Below are positions 51,360 to 61,271 of a stretch of 64,000 bases of DNA, one piece after another (position 1 is the stretch's first letter; the number at the start of each line of letters is the position of its first letter). Position numbers and translations under genes: made by a program. This DNA is from a bacterium. GTDB lineage: Bacteria; UBA8248; JACPRG01; G963555815. Location: positions 64,001 to 128,000 of the forward strand of contig CAUVWX020000001.1 in assembly GCA_963555815.3 (NCBI GenBank). The letters are read 5' to 3'. The notes below the pieces were generated by a model, which was given only the letters and a program-made list of their open reading frames with translations, was not told where the DNA came from and searched no databases.

Positions 51360-52538
51360 ATGCGTCCCACAGAGGAGATGGTCAAGGAGCGCTATTCGGC
51401 AGCGGCCCAGAAGGTGGAAGAAGGGCTCTGCTGTCTTTCAGAGGACGATCGAGCAGGGCTTGAGAGCTTTATGCCGGAGGAGATTTTAGGCATTTCCTAC
51501 GGGTGCGGGACACCGGCTGGTCTCGCGGGCATCCGTGGGGGCGAGACGGTCCTGGACATCGGTTCAGGAGGAGGGATCGATTGTTTCCAGGCTTCTCGCC
51601 TCGTCGGGGAAAAGGGGCAAGTCATCGGCGTTGATATGACGGATGAGATGTTGGAAGTGGCCAGGCGAAATGCCCCCCAGGTGGCTAGAAATCTTGGCTA
51701 TAACCGGGTGAATACTGACTTCCGAAAGGGGTTTGCTGATTCCCTCCCTCTTGACGACGGGGAAGCCGACCTCACCATCTCGAACTGCGTCATCAATCTG
51801 ACGCCTGACAAGGAGACGGTCTTTGGGGAGATCTTCCGCGTCCTCCGCCCGGGAGGACGGTTTTGCATCTCCGACATCGTCTCGGATCGCCCGGTCCCCA
51901 ATTACCTCCGCATGGATGCCGACAAGTGGGGCTCCTGCCTCTCTGGCGCCTTAGAGATGCGAGACTATATGATGGGCCTGACGAAGGCGGGATTTCTGGG
52001 AGTCGGCCAACTAAAATTTTCGCCCTGGAAATACCTGGACGGTATCCACTTCTTTTCGGTCACCTTGATGGGATATAGAGTCCCCGAGGAGACTGCGAAG
52101 ACCCAGTCCGTCACCTTCAAGGGACCCTTCAAATTGGTCGTAGACGAGCTTGGCAACACCTTTTCCAGAGGTCAGAAGCGGGAGGTGGACGGGCGGACGG
52201 CGAGGGTTCTTGGCCTTCCGGCCTACCGGGGGCTTTTTGAGGGCGCGTTAAAGTCAAACACTGTGCCCCTTGAAGGAGCCGGACAAAAATCTTTTAAGCC
52301 CATCCTGCCCGAGGATTCTCCACGCCTCTGGGAGGGCCACTTCGCCCTCCTGGGAGGTCCCTTCCTTCAGGTCGAGGACGACGATCGCACCTTCCTTCGG
52401 GGGGAGCCCCTTGAGATCAGCTCAAAAACCCTCCGCGTCCTTGAGCATCCGAGCTACCAACCCTTTTTCACCATCCTTAACCGGACCCAGGAAGGGATGG
52501 GGGAGACCGCCCGCGAGACGGAGGGGACCTGCTGCTGA
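51360..52538 (+). CDS. ArsM-like SAM methyltransferase with a duplicated C-terminal domain
   Basis: CC, SYGCGTP, LDIGSGGGIDC, GVDMT, ISNCVINL, WGSCLSGA, terminal CC. Confidence 0.8.
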   Translation: MRPTEEMVKERYSAAAQKVEEGLCCLSEDDRAGLESFMPEEILGISYGCGTPAGLAGIRGGETVLDIGSGGGIDCFQASRLVGEKGQVIGVDMTDEMLEVARRNAPQVARNLGYNRVNTDFRKGFADSLPLDDGEADLTISNCVINLTPDKETVFGEIFRVLRPGGRFCISDIVSDRPVPNYLRMDADKWGSCLSGALEMRDYMMGLTKAGFLGVGQLKFSPWKYLDGIHFFSVTLMGYRVPEETAKTQSVTFKGPFKLVVDELGNTFSRGQKREVDGRTARVLGLPAYRGLFEGALKSNTVPLEGAGQKSFKPILPEDSPRLWEGHFALLGGPFLQVEDDDRTFLRGEPLEISSKTLRVLEHPSYQPFFTILNRTQEGMGETARETEGTCC

Positions 52539-52643
52539 GGGGTTTTTGAGGAAAATCCTCCTCTCAACCGATCACATCAAGTCTGACAGGCTCACAAGGC
52601 GAAAGGGACCATTGGACACCTTCAAAAGAAAAAAGGAGGGCCT

Positions 52644-53219
52644 ATGCGTCCGTGGGTAATGGGGATCATTGTAGGAGTATTTGTCATGACCATGGCCGGC
52701 ACTGGGGATGCGCAAAAGAATCCGACTGTGTTGATGAAGACCTCCATGGGGGACATCAAGATTGAGCTCGATGCGGAGAAGGCGCCCATCAGCGTTGAGA
52801 ACTTTCTTAGCTACGCGAAAGAAGGCTTTTACAACGGGACCATTTTTCACCGGGTCATTGAAGGTTTTATGATCCAGGGTGGAGGCATCACCCAAGGGAT
52901 GGACTCGAAGCAGACAAAGCCTCCCATCCAGAATGAGGCGGGCAATGGCCTAAAGAATCTGCGCGGCACCCTTGCCATGGCCCGCACTAACGATATCCAC
53001 AGTGCCACTGGCCAGTTCTTCATCAATGTCGTAGACAACGCCGTCCTCGACCACCAGGACACGTCCCCCCGGGGTTTCGGCTACGCCGTCTTCGGCAGGG
53101 TGACCGAGGGGATGGAGGTGGTGGACCGCATCAAGGCCGTGGAGACGACTACGAAGGGACATTTTCAGGACGTCCCCACCAAGGAGGTGGTCATCGAGTC
53201 GGTCGAGATCCTCCAGTAA
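52644..53219 (+). CDS. ppiA: Periplasmic cyclophilin PPIase
   Basis: Signal peptide; [30 protein letters not shown]. Confidence 0.93.
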   Translation: MRPWVMGIIVGVFVMTMAGTGDAQKNPTVLMKTSMGDIKIELDAEKAPISVENFLSYAKEGFYNGTIFHRVIEGFMIQGGGITQGMDSKQTKPPIQNEAGNGLKNLRGTLAMARTNDIHSATGQFFINVVDNAVLDHQDTSPRGFGYAVFGRVTEGMEVVDRIKAVETTTKGHFQDVPTKEVVIESVEILQ

Positions 53220-53249
53220 ATGGAAGGGCCCCCGGCCCGAGATCTTCCC

Positions 53250-53816
53250 TCAAGGTATCAGATTGCTGATCCCCGGGTGCATGACCTGGTGGCAAGTGTT
53301 GCAGACCGGATAGACGAATTGCGTCTCCATGAAAAGGGCCTGCTCGTCCCCAATCTGGTGAGAGGGATGACAGGTGGCGCAGCGAATATCTAGCGTCGAG
53401 GTGGGGATGTTGCTGTGGACGTGGTTTGGGAATCCCCGGTCCTCGAAGATCCCCTGGTGACACTTCACGCAAAAATTGTTCGGAAAAGACCCCCGGAGCT
53501 TTCCGGGGTCTTGGTGCAGGCCCACGAGGAAGGGGAGCGTGTTCCGCGCCCCGGCGGCGAGAGAGCCTATCCGACCCGTCACCCCTTCCCCCCGGTGGCA
53601 GTCGATGCACCGAGCGGCGACCAGGCGGTGGTGGCGCACCGCGAGGTCAACGGCTTCGGGGTCCTCACGCGAGAGCCGGGCGACGAATTCTCCCTCGGGC
53701 TCCACGTGGCACGCAGCGCAGAAGGTATTCCTCTCCTCCTGGTGGCTCACAAAGGCCCCCGCCCCTGCGACAATGACCACAAGGACCCCCAGACCAATCC
53801 CGAGCAAAAATCTCAT
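53250..53816 (-). CDS. Membrane-anchored pentaheme c-type cytochrome (NapC/NirT-like N-terminus)
   Basis: N-terminal TM; CAACH, CIDCH, CVKCH, CATCH, CNTCH. Confidence 0.88.
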   Translation of the reverse strand: MRFLLGIGLGVLVVIVAGAGAFVSHQEERNTFCAACHVEPEGEFVARLSREDPEAVDLAVRHHRLVAARCIDCHRGEGVTGRIGSLAAGARNTLPFLVGLHQDPGKLRGSFPNNFCVKCHQGIFEDRGFPNHVHSNIPTSTLDIRCATCHPSHQIGDEQALFMETQFVYPVCNTCHQVMHPGISNLIP

Positions 53817-53865
53817 TTAGGTGATGAGGCGTAGGGCAAGAAGCTTCGTCGGAGTCTCACGAACG

Positions 53866-54915
53866 TCAACCGGCCTGCTTCACCCGGACAGTCAAGGCGT
53901 GGATGGCAGAGGTCCCCGAGGGGAAGGCATCTGAACTGAAGATCCGGAAGGAGGGATTCGACTGAGCCCTTCCCTCCCGGTCCGTCGCCCGGACCTGGAG
54001 CCGAAAGCGCCCGTCGTCGTATCCCTTCCAGTCAAACCTCCAGGGAGTCCAGACTCTGGCGTTTGGGCCAGAATAAAGAGATGCGGGGGCCCAGGTGTGG
54101 GCGTTGTCCATAGAGACTTCGACCCTGGCTATCCCCGACTCGTTGGTAAACGCAATCCCCCCCAGCGTAAAGAGGCCTTTTCGGATAGTCTGCCCGCGGG
54201 CTGGCGCGTCAAATCGAGAAAAGACTTTTACAGCCGCCTTGTTAGACCAACCCCGCTTCTCGAAAAAACCCTGGTAAGGCTCGTCGGTGAACTCGATTTC
54301 GGTGATCCACTTGGGCTGTTTTTGACCGTAGAGGCCGGGGATCAATATCCGGACCGGAAAGCCGTGGACAGGGGAAAGGGGGACTCCATTCATCCGGTAG
54401 ACCAGGAGGACATCGGGCCCGAGGATGCGTTTTAGGGGGACACTCGTCGAATAACCGTCGCCCGCCCGCATGATGGCCTCTTTCACCCCCTCCTTGATCC
54501 CAACGCGATCCAGAATGGAACGAAGCCGAACTCCGGTCCAGATGGCGTTCCCAGTGAGGGGGTAGCCCACCGGGTTCCCGATGCAGGCAAGAGTCCGCAT
54601 CTCTTCAACGGCGGGAAGTGCAAGGAGGTCAGCGTACGTTAGTTGAAGGGGCTGTTCCACCAATCCCCCCATGTTGATGGACCAAGTTGAGGTTTCCATA
54701 TGCGGGGTGTTCGAATAGGATTGGGTGTAGAAGACGTCATTTGGAGTGATGCCGCCAAGCTCCTTGAAGCGCCCGGCCTCATAGGGGAAGATAGGTGAGT
54801 CGGCCCCCTCAGCGGCCCCAGCGGTCCAAAGAAATCTCCCAACATCCTGAAGGCCAAGGCCCACCCCAGCCAGAAGGAGCCCCTTCAGTACCGTCCTCCT
54901 GTCTAGCACTTGCAT
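53866..54915 (-). CDS. Tat-exported sulfite-oxidase-family molybdoenzyme with dimerization domain (SorA-like)
   Basis: RRTVLK, TLACIGN, HGFPVR..PGLYG.KQPKW, VEVS..W, VRATD. Confidence 0.88.
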   Translation of the reverse strand: MQVLDRRTVLKGLLLAGVGLGLQDVGRFLWTAGAAEGADSPIFPYEAGRFKELGGITPNDVFYTQSYSNTPHMETSTWSINMGGLVEQPLQLTYADLLALPAVEEMRTLACIGNPVGYPLTGNAIWTGVRLRSILDRVGIKEGVKEAIMRAGDGYSTSVPLKRILGPDVLLVYRMNGVPLSPVHGFPVRILIPGLYGQKQPKWITEIEFTDEPYQGFFEKRGWSNKAAVKVFSRFDAPARGQTIRKGLFTLGGIAFTNESGIARVEVSMDNAHTWAPASLYSGPNARVWTPWRFDWKGYDDGRFRLQVRATDREGRAQSNPSFRIFSSDAFPSGTSAIHALTVRVKQAG

Positions 54916-55008
54916 GGGCCCCTCTCCTGTCAGATCAAAAACGCTATTTCAGCCTGATAACCGCCCCGCCTCGAAAATACTTTCTGGGCGAGGCGTCGGG
55001 GTAAATTG

Positions 55009-55680
55009 TTATTTGAACCCCTTTGGCATCTCATAGATGTCCAGCGTCTTCCAGTAGGGCCGAATGTGAGCCATCGACTTAAGAACAGCTTCCAGACCCG
55101 TCTGGAACTCCTCCTTGCCCAAAGGAGATGCGTTCGTAAAAACCTCGGCGATGGCCTCTTGCACCTTGGGGTCCTGAATCTCTTTCAGACGCTCCAGCTG
55201 CGCGTCCGTCAGGCGCTCCGCTGAGGACTTAAGCTCGTCGCGCTTCTCCATCCAATGTCCGATGCCACTCTGGAAGTGACCCCCTACAAATCGACCGCGC
55301 CCCGCTGGGTGAAAGAAGTGAAAAGTCTCCTCGGCGTAGAGATTCGTGGCATCCTGCCCTTCCGGATACCAGGTGACCGCATTGATATAAGGCAGCAGGA
55401 CCTGGACAGCTGGCTTCTCGCCCGCGTCCTCCTCCTCAGCCGCTTTCTTCTTCTTGGCCCCGGGCTCTCCCGGGTCGTAGTAGTTCACGATAAGGGCGTT
55501 TAATCGCCCTTCCCCCTCGTCTGTGCGAAAGACAAAGGCCCGTTTGTCCTCGCGGACGGACCAAGGCTGCTGAAGGACACCGTACTTGTCGAAGTGCTGC
55601 CAGCTGCCGTTTGAGATGGGATAGTCCTGAAGGTAAGTCTTCAGGACATAGAGCGTTTTCTGGACGATGGGCTGAGGCAT
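55009..55680 (-). CDS. Hypothetical soluble protein
   Basis: 223-aa ORF, GGGAGAGGGG RBS, host-like codon usage; no family recognised. Confidence 0.7.
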   Translation of the reverse strand: MPQPIVQKTLYVLKTYLQDYPISNGSWQHFDKYGVLQQPWSVREDKRAFVFRTDEGEGRLNALIVNYYDPGEPGAKKKKAAEEEDAGEKPAVQVLLPYINAVTWYPEGQDATNLYAEETFHFFHPAGRGRFVGGHFQSGIGHWMEKRDELKSSAERLTDAQLERLKEIQDPKVQEAIAEVFTNASPLGKEEFQTGLEAVLKSMAHIRPYWKTLDIYEMPKGFK

Positions 55681-55866
55681 ATCCCCTCTCCCTTAACAGT
55701 GCATTCCACACGCTATATTCTATCATACCGGGACGATCTCCAAGTGCCAGCAGACCCTGAGCCGGAGGGCTCCCTTTCAGACCCCCACACGGAGGAGGAC
55801 TGATTCAGCGGTCCCGTGATCTATAATGGAGTCCAGGCGGCGGAGTCCTTTGCGAAGAGCGCGGAG

Positions 55867-56073
55867 ATGAATCGACGGCGAGTCTTTAGATCTCTGGGGT
55901 GGGTGTCTCTGGCCCTGCTCTCCCTTGCTTTCATCTTTTCGGGGATCGGGGCCATAGAGCTGATCGGGGACGGCCTCCTAGCCCTTTGCCTGATTAAGGC
56001 CGGTTTCAAGATACATGGGCACGTCATCGGAGGGCCCCCGAAGGCCGGACGCCCGCGCGGCTCGAGCCCCTGA
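55867..56073 (+). CDS. Small hypothetical membrane protein
   Basis: MNRRRVFRSLGWVSLALL.., two hydrophobic segments. Confidence 0.45.
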   Translation: MNRRRVFRSLGWVSLALLSLAFIFSGIGAIELIGDGLLALCLIKAGFKIHGHVIGGPPKAGRPRGSSP

Positions 56074-56304
56074 CGAAAATTTTGGGCAAGCCCAAAAACT
56101 CCCTCGCGCGGCAGGAATGATGAGACGACCGGCTCGCAGACAGGCACAGGCTAGATATTGCGGCCTGCGTGTTTCGGTCAGAAGCGACGGGGAACCACTG
56201 GTGGACTTACAGGAACGTCTTTTAGGCCATTCCTCTCTCCTTTATCCTTTGAAGACTCAACTGCGGCGCTCTCCTGCGGAGAGGGGTTTTTTAGCCTGGC
56301 GGTC

Positions 56305-56568
56305 ATGTTCGGCTGCCTAGTGTTCATAGGCCTCCTCGTGAGCGCCGGCCTGGGAGGCCGGCCGGGGGCCCTCGTCTATCTCCTTCTCGTGGCCCTCTAT
56401 TTTGGACTCCGAAACTTCTCGGAACGACGCGACGGGGGCTCGGGAAGTTTCGGCGGCTATGAATCCCGCGAAGACTGGCTGCGGGCGAAGAAGACAGAGG
56501 GCCGGATCGTCTGGGGGGCGGTCGTCGTCTTGGGGGGCGTCTTCCTCGCCTATCTCTTCACCCGGTAG
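56305..56568 (+). CDS. Small hypothetical membrane protein
   Basis: Three hydrophobic segments; start uncertain. Confidence 0.5.
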   Translation: MFGCLVFIGLLVSAGLGGRPGALVYLLLVALYFGLRNFSERRDGGSGSFGGYESREDWLRAKKTEGRIVWGAVVVLGGVFLAYLFTR

Positions 56569-56598
56569 AGAGGGGTAGTGTAAGCTAGGCTCCAGGAA

Positions 56599-56636
56599 GC
56601 CGGGGTGGCGGAATGGAAGACGCAGGGGACTCAAAA
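56599..56636 (+). repeat. attL: 5' 38 nt of tRNA-Leu(CAA)
   Basis: GCCGGGGTGGCGGAATGGAAGACGCAGGGGACTCAAAA identical to 62406-62443. Confidence 0.95.
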
Positions 56637-56757
56637 CCCGTCCAAAGCCCTCCGGCGATTTCAAGCCAGTAGCCGCAATCCTGCACCAAGTATGGATTTA
56701 CGGATAAACCCTTTATTGCTCATTGTGTGCCTATAAGTGGGTTTGTGCACCTGCAAT

Positions 56758-56777
56758 AGACACAAAAACAGACACTA
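56758..56777 (+). repeat. Putative integrase arm-type site (left)
   Basis: AGACACAAAAACAGACACTA identical to 62336-62355. Confidence 0.75.
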
Positions 56778-56918
56778 GATCCTAGGCAATCTTTACCCCA
56801 GCCCTTGGCGTCGGGACCAGGGCAGCCAAGGTGGGATATAATAGGGTTGAGATAGCGGTATGGGGTTCTCGCGGTACAAAAATTAGAAAAATACTGTGCA
56901 GCTAATGATTGTCCGAAA

Positions 56919-57509
56919 ATGAGATCTTTTTTACTCCGTCCTGAAGTAGCTGATAGCTTTATGACTTTGTTTGCTGCTCTCTTAAGTGTCTCCCTTGGGT
57001 ATTTTCTTGCGAGATTGCAACAAAGGCGCCAAGAAAAAAGAGCATATGTAGGGGCTTTGCGCTCCCTTCTTAGTCAATCTGTGTACAATAATGGTGTTCT
57101 CATCCGTATTAGTAAAAGAACCTCAAAGAAAAGTGTTCCTGCGTGCCATTTTCATACGACCGCAATTCAAACGGCGCTGCTAAACCCTAATTTTATGTTG
57201 CGATCGGGCCACTCGCTTGTTCACATCCTGGGAGTTGTCCAGGAGAGCCTGTTGCAAACCAGTGTTCATTATGATCACGTAATGGGTGCGATGGGAAGGG
57301 CCATCAAGCTTCAAGATCATCATGTAGGTAAACTCCAGGATAATGCAAAAAGAGCACTAGGATTTAATGGGGTACTGCAAAGAGAGCTCGACAGGCTTCT
57401 AGCAGAAGCTAAGGCCCAGCCGCGCGTAGATCCCCATTACAATCGCCTTCGGCAAGAGCTATTTAATGTAGAGGAGGAGTGGAAATCTCCTGCGGAAGAA
57501 GACAATTAG
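56919..57509 (+). CDS. AT-rich hypothetical protein with an N-terminal TM
   Basis: 196-aa ORF, visibly lower GC than host genes. Confidence 0.7.
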   Translation: MRSFLLRPEVADSFMTLFAALLSVSLGYFLARLQQRRQEKRAYVGALRSLLSQSVYNNGVLIRISKRTSKKSVPACHFHTTAIQTALLNPNFMLRSGHSLVHILGVVQESLLQTSVHYDHVMGAMGRAIKLQDHHVGKLQDNAKRALGFNGVLQRELDRLLAEAKAQPRVDPHYNRLRQELFNVEEEWKSPAEEDN

Positions 57510-57853
57510 ATCTAATCGATCAAGCCCACCTTCTAAGAGACTCCCTCCAAGGTTCCGGGCGCTGAAATAACCTACATATTCCCCTGGGTCATTTCCTGAA
57601 TTAGGCCCTCAGAGGCCTCCAAAAACCTGGGTGGCTACCCTGGACACCAGTCAGTCCCTTGGAAGCCCTCACAGGAAGAATTTGGCACAAAGGCGGTTTC
57701 TGCCCGCCGTTGACGTTGACGTGTCCGTTCAATTGGGAAGGGCGTTGACCCTAAGAAAGATATGGCTGTTGGAACCGACCTCCAACGATCTGCTGTTGGG
57801 TACGACCCCCGTTCAGCTGGATAGCCCCTCCTCTTTCCGTCGGGATTACGAGT

Positions 57854-59845
57854 CTAGGTTCCCTCCTGATTCTTTGACGTTAGGATCTGGGCCGCGCGGG
57901 AAAGCTGCTCAGCATGGCCGAGGAGAACCAGGGTATCGCCCGCTTCAAGGGGGAGGTCGGTCGGGGGGTTGGGGAAGGTTTCCCCTCCTCGAAGGAGGGA
58001 GATCACTGAGGCCCCCGTGTGGCTCCTTAGCTTGAGTTCACCGAGGGCCTTGCCGACAGCTCTCATCCCCTCTTCTAGCCTTATGACCTCCATCCGAGCC
58101 GCGCCTAACACCTCGCTCTGACCTGTCAGGAGGCCTGTCTCCCGGTCAAGTCCCCGGAGCACCTCATAGTCCTCCTGACGCACCGCCTCAACCTCTCGGA
58201 AAATAAGGTTCTTCGGGACACCAAGGCGTTCCAGGACCCGAGCAAAGAGGGCAACCGAGGTCTCGAACTCCTCTGGGATGACCTCGCTCGCGCCAAGGGC
58301 CCTCAGGTGGTCTGTCTCAGAGACGTAGCGGGTTCGGACCAGGATGTGGAGCTCAGGATATCGCTCCCGGGCCATGTGGACGATCCGGCGCGTGGCCTCG
58401 GGGTCTGAGATGGCGATGACAAGGGCCTGCGCCTGCCCAAGGCAGGCTCGCTCTAGCACCTGAGGGCGGGTTGCATCCCCGTAGAGGACCTCTTGTCCCT
58501 CGGCCCGGATCGAGCGGGTGGTTTGAGGATTCAGCTCTACAATGACATAGGGAATCCCCGTCCCCTTTAGGGCACGGGCAAGATTTCGGCCATTCACGCC
58601 GTATCCGATAACCACTACATGTCTTGACGGGCCTTCCTCCTGATGCACAGGGTCCTCTCTTGCCGATGGCTTAGGGCCCAAGGGGGAGACGCGAGAGATC
58701 CGTAACAGGCCATACACGAGCTTGGGAGAGAGCTGAATGAGGAAGGGGGTAAGCATCATGGTCATCACGGCAGCCGCAAGAAAGGTCTGAAAAACCGCCT
58801 CCGGCATGAGACCAAACTCCTGACCAGCCCTGGCCAGGACGAAAGAGAATTCCCCCACTTGCGCCAGGCCGATACCGGCAAGGAGAGCAACCCGAGGCGG
58901 AATCCGAAGAGTTGAGAGAGAAGCCACCACAAGAAGGGACTTCATCAGCACAAGGCCGAGGACCACCCCAACGATGAAAAGGGGGTGCCGGGCGAGGAAA
59001 TTTAGGTCCAGGAGCATCCCGATGGAGACGAAAAAGAGGCCATTGAAGCTATCCCGTAGGGGCTCGATCTCGGCAAGGGCCTGAAGGCCATGCTCAGATT
59101 CCGAGACCGCCAGGCCCGCAAGGAAGGCCCCAAGCGCAAGGGAGAGGCCAACTTCTGAGGTCACCCAGGCTATCCCAAGGATGACCACGATGAGGGAAAC
59201 AAGGAAGAGCTCTCGACTCCTCACCCGAGCCACATGGAAGAGGAGCTTCGGAACGAGCCATCTGGCGACAAGGAGGATCCCGCCTACAACGGCCACAGCC
59301 GTTGCCAGCGAAAGGGCGACTGAAAGGCCACCTCCACCCTTCCCCCCCAAGGCTGGCAAAACCAGGATGAGGGGGAAGATAAGAAAATCCTGGAAGAGGA
59401 GGATGGAGATGGCCGCGCGACCGTGAGGGGCATGCAGTTCCCCACGGTCTGCCAGCATCTTGAGCACGATGGCCGTGCTGCTCATGGAGAGGAGGAAACC
59501 TGAGAAGAGGGCCACTCTCCAGCCTAGCAGAGGCCACAGAAGGAGCCCCCCCACCAGGGCCGTCATGGAAAACTGGAGTCCTCCGCCCAGGAGAAGAAGC
59601 CGCCTCATCTGTCCCAAGCGGGCGAGGGAGGTCTCCAGCCCTACGCCAAAAAGAAGCAGGATGACACCCACTTCAGCCAGGATCTCGACGGACTCGCGAT
59701 TGGCGACAAGACCCAACCCATGGGGGCCCACCAGGATCCCCCCCACAAGGAAGCCGACCAGCGTCGGGACCCCGATCCGACGAAAGAAGAAGATCGTGGC
59801 CCCCGAGACGAGGAAGATAATGAGGAGGTCGCCGAGGATTTCCAA
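57854..59845 (-). CDS. CPA2 (KefB/KefC-like) cation:proton antiporter with RCK_N and RCK_C domains
   Basis: LLFGVGLE, SSTAIV, LLFQD, LGAFLAG, QVGEFSF, GYGVNG, YGDAT, PEEFETS. Confidence 0.92.
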   Translation of the reverse strand: MEILGDLLIIFLVSGATIFFFRRIGVPTLVGFLVGGILVGPHGLGLVANRESVEILAEVGVILLLFGVGLETSLARLGQMRRLLLLGGGLQFSMTALVGGLLLWPLLGWRVALFSGFLLSMSSTAIVLKMLADRGELHAPHGRAAISILLFQDFLIFPLILVLPALGGKGGGGLSVALSLATAVAVVGGILLVARWLVPKLLFHVARVRSRELFLVSLIVVILGIAWVTSEVGLSLALGAFLAGLAVSESEHGLQALAEIEPLRDSFNGLFFVSIGMLLDLNFLARHPLFIVGVVLGLVLMKSLLVVASLSTLRIPPRVALLAGIGLAQVGEFSFVLARAGQEFGLMPEAVFQTFLAAAVMTMMLTPFLIQLSPKLVYGLLRISRVSPLGPKPSAREDPVHQEEGPSRHVVVIGYGVNGRNLARALKGTGIPYVIVELNPQTTRSIRAEGQEVLYGDATRPQVLERACLGQAQALVIAISDPEATRRIVHMARERYPELHILVRTRYVSETDHLRALGASEVIPEEFETSVALFARVLERLGVPKNLIFREVEAVRQEDYEVLRGLDRETGLLTGQSEVLGAARMEVIRLEEGMRAVGKALGELKLRSHTGASVISLLRGGETFPNPPTDLPLEAGDTLVLLGHAEQLSRAAQILTSKNQEGT

Positions 59846-60267
59846 GAGGTTTCCCTAGGTTTCTAGGATCGGTTATATCTTAGCTTGGAGGCGATGATTA
59901 GACCGACAAGGAAAATACGAAAAGCCGGTATCCGCATTTTCTCCTTGTCTTAAATATGGCAACATCATACCGCCTTCGGTAGGGCAATTGAACGCAAAAT
60001 TGTCGTCGGGTCTTAGGAGCTAGATGGGGGGGCCTTTTCCCAATACCGTGGCGTCCTGTAGACTTTGAAAGTAACCGATCCTAGAGAGGGGAAGTGAGCA
60101 GCGGGATCAGGATGATCTTCTCGTCAGTCCAGGTCACCTGACCGACCCGCCCCTTCGGGTGGGATGGAGCACGATGGAATGCTGGCCCCTCGATGGGTGA
60201 AAAGTAAGAACTCGGGCGATGGAACTCTACCTGGCCCGGCACGGCGAACCCTTAAGGAGACCCACTG

Positions 60268-60993
60268 ATGGCAGAGCAGTTTTATCCAGTAAAGCTAGTT
60301 GAGATCCGAACCGAGACCCCGGAGATGAAGACCTTCCGCTGGGTCTTTCTTGAGGAGAGGTTCAAACATGAGGCTGGGCAGTTCCTTCGGATCTCCTTAC
60401 CGAAGGAGCCTGGCCTCGAAAAAGAGGTCCGGCCCTTCACCATCGCCTCTTCCCCGACTCAGGATTATCTGGAGATCGCGACGAAGCGAAAAGGGGCTTT
60501 TACTTCCCGGATGGACGACTGGACATCCCCGGGCATCATCGCCCAGGTTCAGGGGCCCCGGGGACGATTCACGTTGGTGAAAGATGAGTCACAACCCCTT
60601 TTATTCTTGGCCGCTGGAAGCGGTGTAACCCCTCTGATGAGCATGGCACGGTATATCCACGACCGGGATCTCAAGCACCCCCTCCTCTTCATCCACTCCG
60701 ATCGGACGCCCGAGGACCTCTGCTTTCGAAAGGAGCTCTTGCGGATTGCAGAGCGTTCTAAAAACATCCGTATCCTCTTCGCGCTCAGCGGGTCTGGACC
60801 CTTCGAAGGTTGGAAGGGACTCCATGGCCGTATCGATCTCGATCTCGTCCGAAAGCACGCCCCCGATTTCAAAGAAAGGATGGTCTGCGTCTGCGGTCCA
60901 CCTCCCATGATTAAAGCCCTGAGAGAAGGCCTCAAGGCGGAAGGGCTCCAGAATGAGCAAATCAGATATGAGTTTTTCGGGAAATTCGAATAA
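60268..60993 (+). CDS. FNR-like FAD/NAD(P)H oxidoreductase
   Basis: AGQF, RPFTIASSP, GPRGRF, AAGSGVTP, CGPPPM, terminal EFF. Confidence 0.9.
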   Translation: MAEQFYPVKLVEIRTETPEMKTFRWVFLEERFKHEAGQFLRISLPKEPGLEKEVRPFTIASSPTQDYLEIATKRKGAFTSRMDDWTSPGIIAQVQGPRGRFTLVKDESQPLLFLAAGSGVTPLMSMARYIHDRDLKHPLLFIHSDRTPEDLCFRKELLRIAERSKNIRILFALSGSGPFEGWKGLHGRIDLDLVRKHAPDFKERMVCVCGPPPMIKALREGLKAEGLQNEQIRYEFFGKFE

Positions 60994-61271
60994 CCCTTTC
61001 GGCTCCTGGAAACCGGGGGGTGCGGTGGCTGCAACCCCGGAGCTCGCTGCAGAATAGGCCCTTTCCTCTAGGCTCGGTCCAGACTCCCCCGTATTCAGCT
61101 CCTCCTTAGCCGTCTCTGAAGGACCGCAGATCCTCCTACTCTCCTGACTCCCTGGCACCAAGATTTCACCGCGCCCAGGGGACACCTGAGAACTTCTTCA
61201 AAGTGACTCCAGGGCTTGGACAGGGAGGCCGGGGCAAAGGCCAGACGACAAAGGAGACAGGGGAAAAGGCC

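Noticed and set aside
52530..52590. Sec readthrough at the ArsM-like C-terminus (CC-TGA followed by a hairpin)
   Set aside because: Terminal CC is common in this family, the hairpin loop is only about 10 nt from the UGA, and the extension is uninformative; more likely a true stop plus terminator.
59950..60040. c-di-GMP-I (GEMM) riboswitch-like words (ACGCAAAA, GGGTCT)
   Set aside because: The P1/P2 stems and GNRA tetraloop could not be built.
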